A stretch of DNA of 48,941 nt from NCBI GenBank assembly GCA_016839585.1, contig JAEOTZ010000043.1, positions 1-48,941 on the forward strand. Reading direction: 5' to 3'. Position 1 is the stretch's first letter, and each line of letters starts with the position of its first letter. Shown piece after piece: positions 37,527-47,100 of the stretch. Made by a program: the position numbers and the translations under genes. Below the pieces are notes generated by a model, which saw only the letters and a list, made by a program, of their open reading frames with translations, was not told the origin of the DNA and did no database searches. Origin of the DNA: Promethearchaeota archaeon (GTDB lineage: Archaea > Asgardarchaeota > Lokiarchaeia > Sigyniarchaeales > SOKP01).

Positions 37527-38186
37527 TTAAAAGTTTTTTGGGTTTGAGTATTTATAATTGTTTTTAATACTCAAAACCCAATACCCACTTCTTTTGCATA
37601 AAATATCGATTTTCTTATCCGGATAAGAGTCCTTAAGAAACTTGAACATATATAGAGCGCCCATCTTTTTTTTCATTACAAACTGGAAAAATCCATTTGG
37701 TTTTAAATAATCTAGAATTTCACATAATAGCTTAATAAATGCTTTTCTCCCTTCTCTCAAGGGGGGATTCATATAAATTCCATTAAATTTTAAATCCTTA
37801 TTTTCTAATGGTTCAAAATAATTCCCTGATAATACTTTTACACGTTTCTTACTGTCTGCTAAGTTAATTTTTAAATTTTCTTTGGCACACCAAATAGCAT
37901 TTTTATTAATATCAATTAAATACACTACACTATTAGATGATTCATATGCTAATACAATTCCTATAGGTCCATACCCACATCCCAAGTCGAGTAGATCACT
38001 TGGTTCCTTAGGAATAAACATATGTTCAATTAAAATTTTTGTTCCTAAATCTATCTTTTTAAAAGAAAAAACTCCGGTTAAAGTTTTAAATATGTAAAGA
38101 TGTCTTCTTAAACTTTCTGAAATAGTATACACCTTTAATTTAACATCTGGAAAATGAGTGGAATAATGTTGATTTTTTCTTTCCAT
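37527..38186 (-). CDS. RsmC/MTS-like class I SAM-dependent methyltransferase
   Basis: GVFS...IDLGT, LDLGCGYGPIG, DIN, NPP and GYWV motifs. Confidence 0.88.
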   Translation of the reverse strand: MERKNQHYSTHFPDVKLKVYTISESLRRHLYIFKTLTGVFSFKKIDLGTKILIEHMFIPKEPSDLLDLGCGYGPIGIVLAYESSNSVVYLIDINKNAIWCAKENLKINLADSKKRVKVLSGNYFEPLENKDLKFNGIYMNPPLREGRKAFIKLLCEILDYLKPNGFFQFVMKKKMGALYMFKFLKDSYPDKKIDILCKRSGYWVLSIKNNYKYSNPKNF

Positions 38187-38215
38187 GATAAAAGAAATTC
38201 TTATTATATCTTTTC

Positions 38216-39220
38216 CTATTTTATTTCATTCCAACGAGGGTAAATACTACGCTCCATGAAAATCTTATTTGTTTTTACCATAATACCTGATTTTGCTTTA
38301 TAAATCTCCATTGAATTTTTCTCTGCAATTCCAAATCCTATTAATTCTCTTTTAAGAGTCATATATGCTACTTGCATATCTTTTTTAATTCTTGCATCTA
38401 TGAAACAAACTCCAGCGGCCGCTAAATTCGCACCGTGGCATAAGGCATCAACAGCAGAGTCTCTAACATAAATTTTTGGCATATGAGAAACCATCTTTTC
38501 CATTGGAAATATTATCTTTCTTAAATAATATTCTTCTCCTTCTTCTTGATATATTGTAAATGCATCTTTCAGATTTTGGAGAGTAATTAAATTATTATCT
38601 TCAATAAAATTACCTACTCTAGTTCTTCTTAGTTCAAGCATATGAGCACCAGAACACAGAACTTCACCTATATCAAAACACAATTTTCTAATATAAGTTC
38701 CAGCTTCACACCCAACTCGGAATAAAACATGATTTTTACTTACTTCAAGTATTTTAATATAATATATTTCTCTTACTCTTAATTTTCTTACAACAGAAGA
38801 TTTAATTGGTGGTCTTTGATAAATCTTTCCGGTAAATAATTTGAAAACTTTTTCAATTTTTTTTATTTTTTCATGAGTGTGTAAAAACATAATTCCTATA
38901 TATTCTTTACCAGCACTTAACAGAGCAGATAATACACGTGTAGCTCTTCCCAAAGCACATGGTAAAACCCCAGTTACTTTAGGATCTAATGTTCCCCCAT
39001 GACCTGCACTTGATATTCCTAAAATTTTGCGAACCCATGATACAACTTCATGACTAGTGGGACCACTTGGTTTGTCCAAATTTATAACTCCATATTGTAA
39101 AAGTGTTTCTATGTCTCTTTTATCTGGTTCACAGCCATAACCAGGGTTAGTACTATCTTGGGATTTCACCAAAAGTTGTTCAGGTTCATCAGAGGGCAAT
39201 CTGAATTGTATGGTTTCCAT
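38216..39220 (-). CDS. cbf5: H/ACA RNA-guided pseudouridine synthase Cbf5
   Basis: DKPSGPTSHEV, GHGGTLDPKVTG, CEAGTYIRKLC, ELRRTR and PUA domain. Uninterrupted. Confidence 0.96.
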   Translation of the reverse strand: METIQFRLPSDEPEQLLVKSQDSTNPGYGCEPDKRDIETLLQYGVINLDKPSGPTSHEVVSWVRKILGISSAGHGGTLDPKVTGVLPCALGRATRVLSALLSAGKEYIGIMFLHTHEKIKKIEKVFKLFTGKIYQRPPIKSSVVRKLRVREIYYIKILEVSKNHVLFRVGCEAGTYIRKLCFDIGEVLCSGAHMLELRRTRVGNFIEDNNLITLQNLKDAFTIYQEEGEEYYLRKIIFPMEKMVSHMPKIYVRDSAVDALCHGANLAAAGVCFIDARIKKDMQVAYMTLKRELIGFGIAEKNSMEIYKAKSGIMVKTNKIFMERSIYPRWNEIK

Positions 39221-39327
39221 ATTATCAATTTAGTTAAATTCTATTGTAATTTATAAATCTTTTTATATTTAATTATGCCAGACAATTTCAAGGTTTTTGT
39301 TTATTAAAGTACGCATATAAAAATAAA

Positions 39328-39401
39328 CGGGCTATAGGGGAATTGAACCCCTGACCGTCAGGTTAAAAGCCTGCTGCGCTACCTGCCTGCGCCAATAGCC
39401 C
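39328..39401 (-). tRNA. tRNA-Lys(UUU)
   Basis: Reverse complement GGGCTAT...CAGG-CTTTTAA-CCTG...AGGGG-TTCAATT-CCCCT-ATAGCCC-G. Confidence 0.93.
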
Positions 39402-39501
39402 TTAAACATTATTTCATATCATCTTTACAATAGTTAATAGTTGCTTAATGTGATGTTGCTTAATATGAATAGTTTAAATTTACTATAATATAAGAATTCT
39501 T

Positions 39502-40515
39502 CTATTTAAAATGTTCAAATCCAAAGTATTTTAATTCTTTTTTTTTTCCTTTAGATAAAAAGAAAATCTTACCATCTGAAATCACTTTTCCTATTAAATA
39601 AATTTGACCATTGCTTTCTCTAATTAATTTCTTGGCAGTATCATAGTCTTTTGGGTCGATTGTAAAAAGATGTATAAATTCCTCACCTGCATTAAAAACT
39701 AAGTCTTCAAGAGATATTTTAAACTTATTAGAGTAATTTTTAGCCTCTTCATCAATTAATTGGTCATTAAATTCAATTTCGAAACCTATATTTTGATTAG
39801 AATACATTAAATCAATTAAAGATTTTGCTAATCCGTCAGACGAATCTATACTTGCGGTAGCTAAGTTATTTTCAGATAAAATAAAAGATTCATAACCTGT
39901 ATCTTCAGGTTCTAAAATACTATTTATGGATCTCCGGTATAAGGCAAAATTTTTAATATTACCATTTTTAGAGAGTAATATATCAAATCCAACTCCCGTT
40001 AGACCAAATTTACGATTTGCAACTAAATAATCCCCAGCTTTTATTCCAGTTCTATATATTAATTTAGAAGGATCTTGAATTCCAAATACAGTCGGATTAA
40101 TAATAATCTCTTTAGTTTCATTAAGATCTCCTCCAATATATTCTATATTCAATTTTTTACAATAATCAATGATACCAGAGATTAAATCTCTAAAATTTTT
40201 TAACAACATATCTTTAGGCAACCCTAAAGAAATAAAAATTCCGAGTGGTTCAACACCTTTTACTATTAAATCGCTAATATTCATAAGAACAGCTTTTCGA
40301 CCGATTTGATAAGATTTCATTTGAGAAGGTACATCAGTTGTCGATACTAGCATATCAGAATTAAAAATTAAAATATTTTTTTCATTATGATCAAGCGAGA
40401 AAAAGAATGAATCGTCTCTGATTAAATGACTTCCTGTCTTTTCATAAACAGTCTCTTCAATAATCTTAATCAGTTTAAGTTCTCCTAAATTCCCTAACTT
40501 ATCATTATTTCTCAT
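39502..40515 (-). CDS. thiL: Thiamine-monophosphate kinase
   Basis: LGEL.LI, DD, DML...TD.P, N.SDL..KG..P, GGDLNE, DSSDGLA and GEEF motifs. Confidence 0.88.
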   Translation of the reverse strand: MRNNDKLGNLGELKLIKIIEETVYEKTGSHLIRDDSFFFSLDHNEKNILIFNSDMLVSTTDVPSQMKSYQIGRKAVLMNISDLIVKGVEPLGIFISLGLPKDMLLKNFRDLISGIIDYCKKLNIEYIGGDLNETKEIIINPTVFGIQDPSKLIYRTGIKAGDYLVANRKFGLTGVGFDILLSKNGNIKNFALYRRSINSILEPEDTGYESFILSENNLATASIDSSDGLAKSLIDLMYSNQNIGFEIEFNDQLIDEEAKNYSNKFKISLEDLVFNAGEEFIHLFTIDPKDYDTAKKLIRESNGQIYLIGKVISDGKIFFLSKGKKKELKYFGFEHFK

Positions 40516-40568
40516 AAGATAAAATTTAAAATTTGTTTCGAATTATTATTTAATGAATCGTATGAAAA

Positions 40569-40667
40569 GCCTCTGTGGCTTAGCGGTATAGCAACAGATT
40601 CGTATGTGTATCAATAAAGATTTACAGAAATATCTGTAGATCGGGGGTTCAATTCCCCCCAGAGGCT
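40569..40667 (+). tRNA. tRNA-Thr(CGU) with 27-nt intron at canonical 37/38 (40605..40631)
   Basis: Acceptor GCCTCTG/CAGAGGC; anticodon arm ACAGA-TTCGTA[intron]A-TCTGT; T arm GGGGG-TTCAATT-CCCCC. Confidence 0.9.
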
Positions 40668-40671
40668 TTCT

Positions 40672-41682
40672 TTATACTTCTTCAGTGGTAAAATACCGCT
40701 TTATCATTTGTAAAGCAAGTATTCTAAAAGCATCATCAATATTTTCTCCTGTAAGAGCTGATGTTTCTATATAAGATAATTCTAATTTCTGTGCTACTTC
40801 TTCTCCCTCTTCAGTTGAAACTAATCGTTCATCTTCTAAATCTATCTTATTTCCAACTAAAATAAGAGAAATATTTTCTGAGGCTTTAATAAATTCATTA
40901 TACCAATTATCAATATTTTCAAAAGTTCCTCTTCTAGTTACATCAAAAACTAAAATTCCTGCTTCTGCTTTTGCTAAATAAGATTGTCTAACTCGTTTAA
41001 ACTGGGATTGACCTGCTAAATCCCAAATGACAAACCGAACTACACTACTTAACCCTTCGAAACTACATTCTTTTTTCATTATTGAAGTTCCAATCGTAGA
41101 CTTATAATCTTTCGCGAATTTGTCTTCTACAAAACGATGTACCATACTTGTTTTTCCAACAGCACCATCACCACCTAAAATTAATTTATAAGCGTATTCT
41201 CCTGATTTAACATTAATTTTTTGGAGTGCATCCACTTTCCTCTCAATATTTTGATCTTCTTTTGCAGTAAATAGTTTAGGAATTACCGGGCTTACTGTTC
41301 GCCCATCAAAAATTCGAGCTATTTTCTCTGCTGTCAGATAAGCATAAGGAAATACTGGATCCACCATCGCTATGGCATCTAATACAGTCACTAAAATTGC
41401 TTCTGGTCCTGCTTCACAAAAAATGAATCTATGTTCTTCGGTATCAAAAGTGCCTGTTCCAAAAGAACCTGAACTAAATTCTTCTGTAATTCTATTTAAC
41501 ACGGGCTCTACTAAAGCACTAATACCCCCAACTATCTCTTCTTCAACAGATTTTTCTGGTGATCTTGTTAAAGCATCAATCACTAAACCATGTCTATTTA
41601 ATACTAGGACTGCTATTACATTTTTAACTGATTGACTATACCATTTAAGTAGCGCTGTTAATTTCTTTCTATCAACAGACAC
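40672..41682 (-). CDS. Roadblock/MglB-like domain fused to a Rab-like GTPase
   Basis: N-terminal AVLVLNRHGLVI...ISAL roadblock pattern; GDGAVGKT, KSTIG, WDLAGQ, GNKID and ETSA motifs. Confidence 0.88.
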   Translation of the reverse strand: MSVDRKKLTALLKWYSQSVKNVIAVLVLNRHGLVIDALTRSPEKSVEEEIVGGISALVEPVLNRITEEFSSGSFGTGTFDTEEHRFIFCEAGPEAILVTVLDAIAMVDPVFPYAYLTAEKIARIFDGRTVSPVIPKLFTAKEDQNIERKVDALQKINVKSGEYAYKLILGGDGAVGKTSMVHRFVEDKFAKDYKSTIGTSIMKKECSFEGLSSVVRFVIWDLAGQSQFKRVRQSYLAKAEAGILVFDVTRRGTFENIDNWYNEFIKASENISLILVGNKIDLEDERLVSTEEGEEVAQKLELSYIETSALTGENIDDAFRILALQMIKRYFTTEEV

Positions 41683-42012
41683 GAATTTTTTACCTTGTAA
41701 ATTTATACTTTTTATTTAATATTATATCTAGCATACTAATTTAAATAATTAGTATATCTTTTATTATTCTAAGCGAAATCTTTATTGAAAATAAAAATCT
41801 TTTTCTTAAACATATCAGATGAACCTATTATTATCCTTTAAAATTTAGATTTCTGTTCTCTATAAGCACCCTATAACGTTTTTTAAATTTGATTCGGAGT
41901 ATTAAATATTAAAAATTATGAAAATTAAGAAAAAAGATTTTAAAAATTAATTACTTTATCTTTAATTGTTCTCTCAAGAGAATTAAAATAATTAAAAATA
42001 CAAAATAATACT

Positions 42013-42135
42013 GCAGGAGTTGCCAAGCCTGGTCTACGGCGCTAGACTGAGGCTCTAGTGACATAGGTCTTCGTGGGTTCAAAAATTCGATATAGATCTC
42101 CTCGATCTCGGTGGAATATCCCACCTCCTGCACCA
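42013..42135 (+). tRNA. tRNA-Leu(GAG) with 35-nt non-canonical intron in the T loop (59/60; 42084..42118), CCA encoded
   Basis: Acceptor GCAGGAG/CTCCTGC; anticodon arm CTAGA-CTGAGGC-TCTAG; long variable arm; T arm GTGGG-TTCAAA[intron]T-CCCAC; ends ACCA. Confidence 0.9.
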
Positions 42136-42233
42136 ATAATTGAAATGTTAAGATATTTAAGTAAAATATTATTTATCATATTTGAACTTAATAAGGATAT
42201 TAAATAGACTAACCCAAACAAACAACAATTAAT

Positions 42234-43430
42234 GTGATTCCTATTTCAAATTTATTATTAATCGATGAATTGTCTACCATAGAACATGTTAAATCTTTAT
42301 CATTTAATCGCTCAGCCGCTTCTACTGGAGAAACACAAGCAAGAATGTATATTGAGAAAGAATTGGCTAAAGAACAAATCGATTCTAAGGTTGAATATTT
42401 TTCTTGGGCTGGCGCTACTAGAATATTAATGAGAATGAGTTATTTAATTATAATTATTTATCTTCTCATTTCACGGTTATTTCTAGTTTTAATAGTATAT
42501 TATGTAATAAAACATTTATCCGAAAGAACACGTAATCTTTCTTTGATAAAAAAAGAACAATCAAAAAACATTTTAGCTGAAGTATTGGCTAATGAAGAAA
42601 GTCAGAAAAGACCGTTAGTAATTTTTTCTGCACACTATGATTCAATTTCAGCAAATATTTCATATAGAGTCCAATGGTTGATTTTCCTTATATACAAAAT
42701 ATTAATTGGATTTTATGTTTTTTTAATAGTGGTTTTTTCTGCATGGCTTACTCTTGATTTTCTATTAATTTTTCTTATTCCTGAGGATATTATTATAATA
42801 ATCTCCTACTTATCATTGATTGGAATCGTTTTATCAATACCAATATTATATCTTGTATTTAATGAAAGTCCATCATCTGGTTCGATTGATAATGCAAGCG
42901 GAGTTTCTATTTTGATTGAATTATCAAAACTTTTCCAAAGAAATCCGCTTGAAAAAACGGATATTTTATTTCTATGGCCTGGGGCTGAGGAATGGGGTTT
43001 GAAAGGATCAAAAAAATTCTGCAAAAAACACTTTAATTATTTAGATCAAAAATATGACCTTAATAGATCTATATTAATCAATATTGATATGGTAGGGTCT
43101 TATATTGGACTGATAGATAGAGTTGGTTTATTTAGAAGAAGATTTAATCACAATTTAAACGATGTTATAGAGACTACAGCAAGAAATCTTAATATCCCTC
43201 TGATTAGATACAATAAATTAATTGAACCAAACAGTGATCACAAAATATTTCGAAAATATGCTAAAAGAGCTAAAAAAAAGCTTCAAATAGTTTGTTTTCA
43301 TTCACATAAAGACACTAAATATATTCATTCAACAAAAGACACTCCTGAAAAATGTTCTGTTGAGAATCTAAATGGTTGTTTGAATATTTGTTATCAAGCC
43401 TTAAGAAGTGTAGATTTAAGAGTAGAATAA
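42234..43430 (+). CDS. M28 family metallopeptidase with inserted transmembrane segments
   Basis: SAHYDS, G.IDNASG, GAEEWGL.GS, INIDMVG, SDH and IHS.KD motifs, with hydrophobic insertions. Confidence 0.85.
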   Translation: MIPISNLLLIDELSTIEHVKSLSFNRSAASTGETQARMYIEKELAKEQIDSKVEYFSWAGATRILMRMSYLIIIIYLLISRLFLVLIVYYVIKHLSERTRNLSLIKKEQSKNILAEVLANEESQKRPLVIFSAHYDSISANISYRVQWLIFLIYKILIGFYVFLIVVFSAWLTLDFLLIFLIPEDIIIIISYLSLIGIVLSIPILYLVFNESPSSGSIDNASGVSILIELSKLFQRNPLEKTDILFLWPGAEEWGLKGSKKFCKKHFNYLDQKYDLNRSILINIDMVGSYIGLIDRVGLFRRRFNHNLNDVIETTARNLNIPLIRYNKLIEPNSDHKIFRKYAKRAKKKLQIVCFHSHKDTKYIHSTKDTPEKCSVENLNGCLNICYQALRSVDLRVE

Positions 43431-43431
43431 A

Positions 43432-46400
43432 TTAGAAAAAGTCTGATAATTTATGTTGTTTAATTTTTGGATTATTAGTTAAACTTTCTACATATTCTTC
43501 TATTAATTTCATACGTTGCTTAGTATAATCATCCAAATGAAAATTTTCGCAAATCTTAAGGGCTCTAGGAATATATTTTTTAATTCCTCCTCTATTTACT
43601 GTCAATATTACACTATTTCCACATCTAGGACATTTGCCATTGTTAGACAGTGGAGGACGTCTGAATTTTTCATTGCATTTAACACATCTAAAACCTTGTA
43701 TACCAAACTTTCTTAAATTTCCTAAAATATCAGGATTGAAATGAGTAGTTATAATTTTCTCGGCAACATTCCTTGCTTTTACAGGTTTTATAATTTTTGC
43801 TAAATGTAATTGTGCATCAATTTTTTCATCCATACTTTCGTATTTCTTATAAGCTGATGTTATTGGCCCCTCATTTATGTTATCTGTAGGAATATTATAG
43901 CCTAAATTTTCGTATTGGTATGGGGTTCCTAGGCGACTTTTAACTAACTTCATGATATTTTCCATTTTTGAAGGAGCTGCATATCGTTCCGTAGCTTTAT
44001 AAAACTCTAAGGGGTATTTAGATAAAGTATCGACATTATGAGCTTCCACATCTATTTCATTTGGATCTAAAATTGTACCTATTACTAAAGTTGCATCCAT
44101 TCTTCCACCTATTTTACTTGGAAGATAATGTCTAGAAAAGTTCAACAAAGGATCTAAGAGAAGCATAATACCATCCTCATCACCATCGCAATTTCGTCTT
44201 TTTGCAGCATGCCAGTAAGGATGAGCATAAATAGAACGTGCAGAGGTAAAACCAATGATTCTACCAATTATTCCAGCACTAGTATGAGGAGCTAGACCTA
44301 CAACGAGATTTCCTATTAAATCTTCTTTGGTAGAAACATTATAAAAGCGTTCCATTTTATAAAAATATTCAAGTTCATCGTCCAAAAAATTAGCAACTCT
44401 AATAAAATATGTCGCGCAATCATTTGATAATAATAGATCTTGAACTTTGAGTTCTAAAATTTGATTATCCTCTTGAAGGATATTGCCATAGAAATCTTGA
44501 TTATATCCTAGTTCCTTCAATACCTTAATAGGGGTTCCTATTTCTTTTGGATTGAAATGAGTTAAAGGAATATCGGTAGCATCATATCTTATTTCAGCTG
44601 TCTTATAAACTAAAACGTTGTTTTTAGCTCTTAAAATCCCTTTTTCAATAGGTTCAGGAACTTTTAATTTATTTGTAAGGCCAAATATTCCTTTCAGTTT
44701 TTTAGGCATTGGTAAATTTAGGGTTTTTAATGTTGAGTTCAGATGGTTTTTTATATTAAATAATGCTTCTTTAGAATTTTTTAATGGAAGCCCACATAAA
44801 GAACAAATTTCATCATATATTGGATATAACTTTTTACATTTTTCGCAGATTTTTTTAAATTGTGTGGGAGTTCCACATTTGGGACATGAATTAAAAATGG
44901 TTACTATTCCACATTTAGGACATTGCTTTCTACAAACATCAATCTTCACTTTTTCAAATTCAATTGCTTTTTGCACAGATCTCGTATTTCCTACTTTATC
45001 ACTTAATGGAAATAAAACATGAATTCCCTTCATACTTTTTCTTTCAGATTTTTCAGGCCGCCCCATTCGTGTTCCTATAAAAAATGGTGCTTTATTCCTA
45101 ATCTCAATAGAAGAAATTTTATAAAAAAGAGTAAATACATCATCTTCTTTTTCAATTTTAATTGGATCTTTTTTGTTTAAATTGAATATTACTCTATAAA
45201 TATATTCCATAGCATTACTAAATCTTATTTTATTATCTCTTACCTTATGAATTACGAATGCTTTCTCTAAGATTTCTTTAATATCTTTATTAAAATTTAA
45301 AATAAGCTTATTTTCTGGGGTGTTAATAGCTTTTATAAAAACATCCCGTAAAGTTACTAAGTCTTCTACTGAAATGTTTCCCCAGTAATCTGTATAAGTA
45401 GGATGTAAAGGTACTTTATATTTTCGAGAAATTTTAATTGCTTCTTCAGCAGCAGGTATATTCTGAAAAGGATTTTCTATATATTTCATTATTTTGGGAT
45501 TCAGATTATTTTGTATTTTTGCAGCTCTTTCTAATTCTAAAGCCCAATATTCCTCAACATAACCAGAAGGAACTAATTTATGGTTATTTTCAGCAAATTC
45601 ACCAAATCCAAAAAGAATATCTCCCAAAAATAAAATTTTTTCAATTTCAGGAAATAATTCCTTAGCAATTCTTACATTTGAAACTTTGATAACATCTCCG
45701 TTTTTCAATTTTATGATGGGTGGTTCAATACTGCTTACAGGACATATACTTGCACTTTTTCCTGGTCTTTCTATTCTAAGTTGAGTCCCGATTGCTATGA
45801 AATCATCCAATATTGCCATTGTTGCTGGATGAACTCCTGCTGCTGCTAATCCAGTATTACGTGAGCGGCCATATCTAATTCTATGACCTCCAACCATAGA
45901 GGGATGACTAAATACAGGTCTCCCTCCTATGATATCAGAAATATATTTAGAATTTGGAGTGATTTTTTCTTTTTCATTATCGTTCGTTTTTTCTATAATT
46001 TCTTCCTTTTGGGCAACTTTTTTCAAATCAGCTAACCAATCCCATCCATCTAAGCGCATATTCTTTGCAATTCTATGTAATTTGGGTGCTTTAAGTAGTA
46101 TTCCATCATTCAAAACTAAACAAGCACCCCCTCTAATATGATTTGTTTCAATTCTAGGGAGATCTCTAAAAGCCGAAACTTCTTCATCCTCAGTAGAATC
46201 ACCATTAATTTCAACAGATAAGTGTTTTACAGCATAACGTATTTCACGGTTAGATGAAGGATACTGTAAATGGACTCTTCTATCATAAAGCTTAACTTCT
46301 TCTACATATCTACCAATTTCTGCTTCAGTAGCAACATATTTAGGAATGTTAGATCTTTTCCTAACATAATCAGCAATTAATACACATAAAGCTGCAGTCG

Positions 46401-46857
46401 TTCCTCCAGCAGCTCTAATTGGACCTGCAAAATACAAAGATAAATATTTATTACCATGTTGATCTTGTCGAATTAAAATTTTTGATATTCCTTCAAGTGG
46501 GGCACTAACAACACCCATTGTTTTTATAGCTAATCCAACTCTTATTGCTCTTTCTACCCTTTCCTCCAAGGATTCTATCTTTCCAATTTTTTTATCTAAA
46601 ATATCTGAAACTACTCTAAAAACTATTTCATCTTCTGTTAATACCTGCTTCTTTAATTCTCTTATAACTTGAGCTACACCATCAGGACCGACTAATTTTT
46701 CTACTCTTCCTGCCAAATCTTTAGCTTGGGGAGACTCAACAAATAGTTCGGGATCAAGTCCTTTTTGACGTGCTTTTTCAGCAACACTATAACATTGATT
46801 GACTTTCTTTTGTATAGCATTAAAATAATCTTCCATTTTCTTACTCATTTCCATCAT
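43432..46857 (-). CDS. polC: DNA polymerase D large subunit DP2
   Basis: YFAGPIRAAGGT, RYGRSRNTG, GTRMGRPEKS, IRYDATD, HAAKRRNCDGDED and Zn fingers. No intein. Confidence 0.97.
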   Translation of the reverse strand: MMEMSKKMEDYFNAIQKKVNQCYSVAEKARQKGLDPELFVESPQAKDLAGRVEKLVGPDGVAQVIRELKKQVLTEDEIVFRVVSDILDKKIGKIESLEERVERAIRVGLAIKTMGVVSAPLEGISKILIRQDQHGNKYLSLYFAGPIRAAGGTTAALCVLIADYVRKRSNIPKYVATEAEIGRYVEEVKLYDRRVHLQYPSSNREIRYAVKHLSVEINGDSTEDEEVSAFRDLPRIETNHIRGGACLVLNDGILLKAPKLHRIAKNMRLDGWDWLADLKKVAQKEEIIEKTNDNEKEKITPNSKYISDIIGGRPVFSHPSMVGGHRIRYGRSRNTGLAAAGVHPATMAILDDFIAIGTQLRIERPGKSASICPVSSIEPPIIKLKNGDVIKVSNVRIAKELFPEIEKILFLGDILFGFGEFAENNHKLVPSGYVEEYWALELERAAKIQNNLNPKIMKYIENPFQNIPAAEEAIKISRKYKVPLHPTYTDYWGNISVEDLVTLRDVFIKAINTPENKLILNFNKDIKEILEKAFVIHKVRDNKIRFSNAMEYIYRVIFNLNKKDPIKIEKEDDVFTLFYKISSIEIRNKAPFFIGTRMGRPEKSERKSMKGIHVLFPLSDKVGNTRSVQKAIEFEKVKIDVCRKQCPKCGIVTIFNSCPKCGTPTQFKKICEKCKKLYPIYDEICSLCGLPLKNSKEALFNIKNHLNSTLKTLNLPMPKKLKGIFGLTNKLKVPEPIEKGILRAKNNVLVYKTAEIRYDATDIPLTHFNPKEIGTPIKVLKELGYNQDFYGNILQEDNQILELKVQDLLLSNDCATYFIRVANFLDDELEYFYKMERFYNVSTKEDLIGNLVVGLAPHTSAGIIGRIIGFTSARSIYAHPYWHAAKRRNCDGDEDGIMLLLDPLLNFSRHYLPSKIGGRMDATLVIGTILDPNEIDVEAHNVDTLSKYPLEFYKATERYAAPSKMENIMKLVKSRLGTPYQYENLGYNIPTDNINEGPITSAYKKYESMDEKIDAQLHLAKIIKPVKARNVAEKIITTHFNPDILGNLRKFGIQGFRCVKCNEKFRRPPLSNNGKCPRCGNSVILTVNRGGIKKYIPRALKICENFHLDDYTKQRMKLIEEYVESLTNNPKIKQHKLSDFF

Positions 46858-47100
46858 ATAGCATCAGAATCCAATACAATTTTTCAAAAGAAAACTAAAG
46901 AGAAAATGTATTATAATACATATTTTTAAGAATTAAATTAAATTGATTTATTAATCTACTATTTCATTAATAAATTAATAGAGAATGTTAATTTATCACA
47001 GTCTTTTTATATTAAAAGTAAAAATGTTTTTACTTTAATAATAAATAATTTAATTTTATCCTTCAATAATTATAATAATTTAATCTTAAACTGTATAATA

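Noticed and set aside
38216-39220. Possible cbf5 intron, the classic archaeal mRNA intron site near GHGGTLDP
   Set aside because: The ORF is continuous through the motif with no insert.
41951-42136. 61-aa minus-strand ORF
   Set aside because: It is the antisense shadow of tRNA-Leu.
3649-46141. Numerous short overlapping ORFs in the track (e.g. 3649, 5655, 7337, 8415, 8902, 9240, 10140, 13297, 13373, 14046, 15059, 20040, 20836, 21454, 21915, 24581, 25697, 26055, 28061, 28977, 29207, 36941, 37882, 42806, 43516, 44618, 45438, 45929)
   Set aside because: They are antisense or alternate-frame shadows of well-supported genes and have no recognisable motifs.
43432-46857. Inteins in DP2 (also checked rpoB and nrdD)
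   Set aside because: Lengths are normal and motifs such as RRNCDGDED are uninterrupted.
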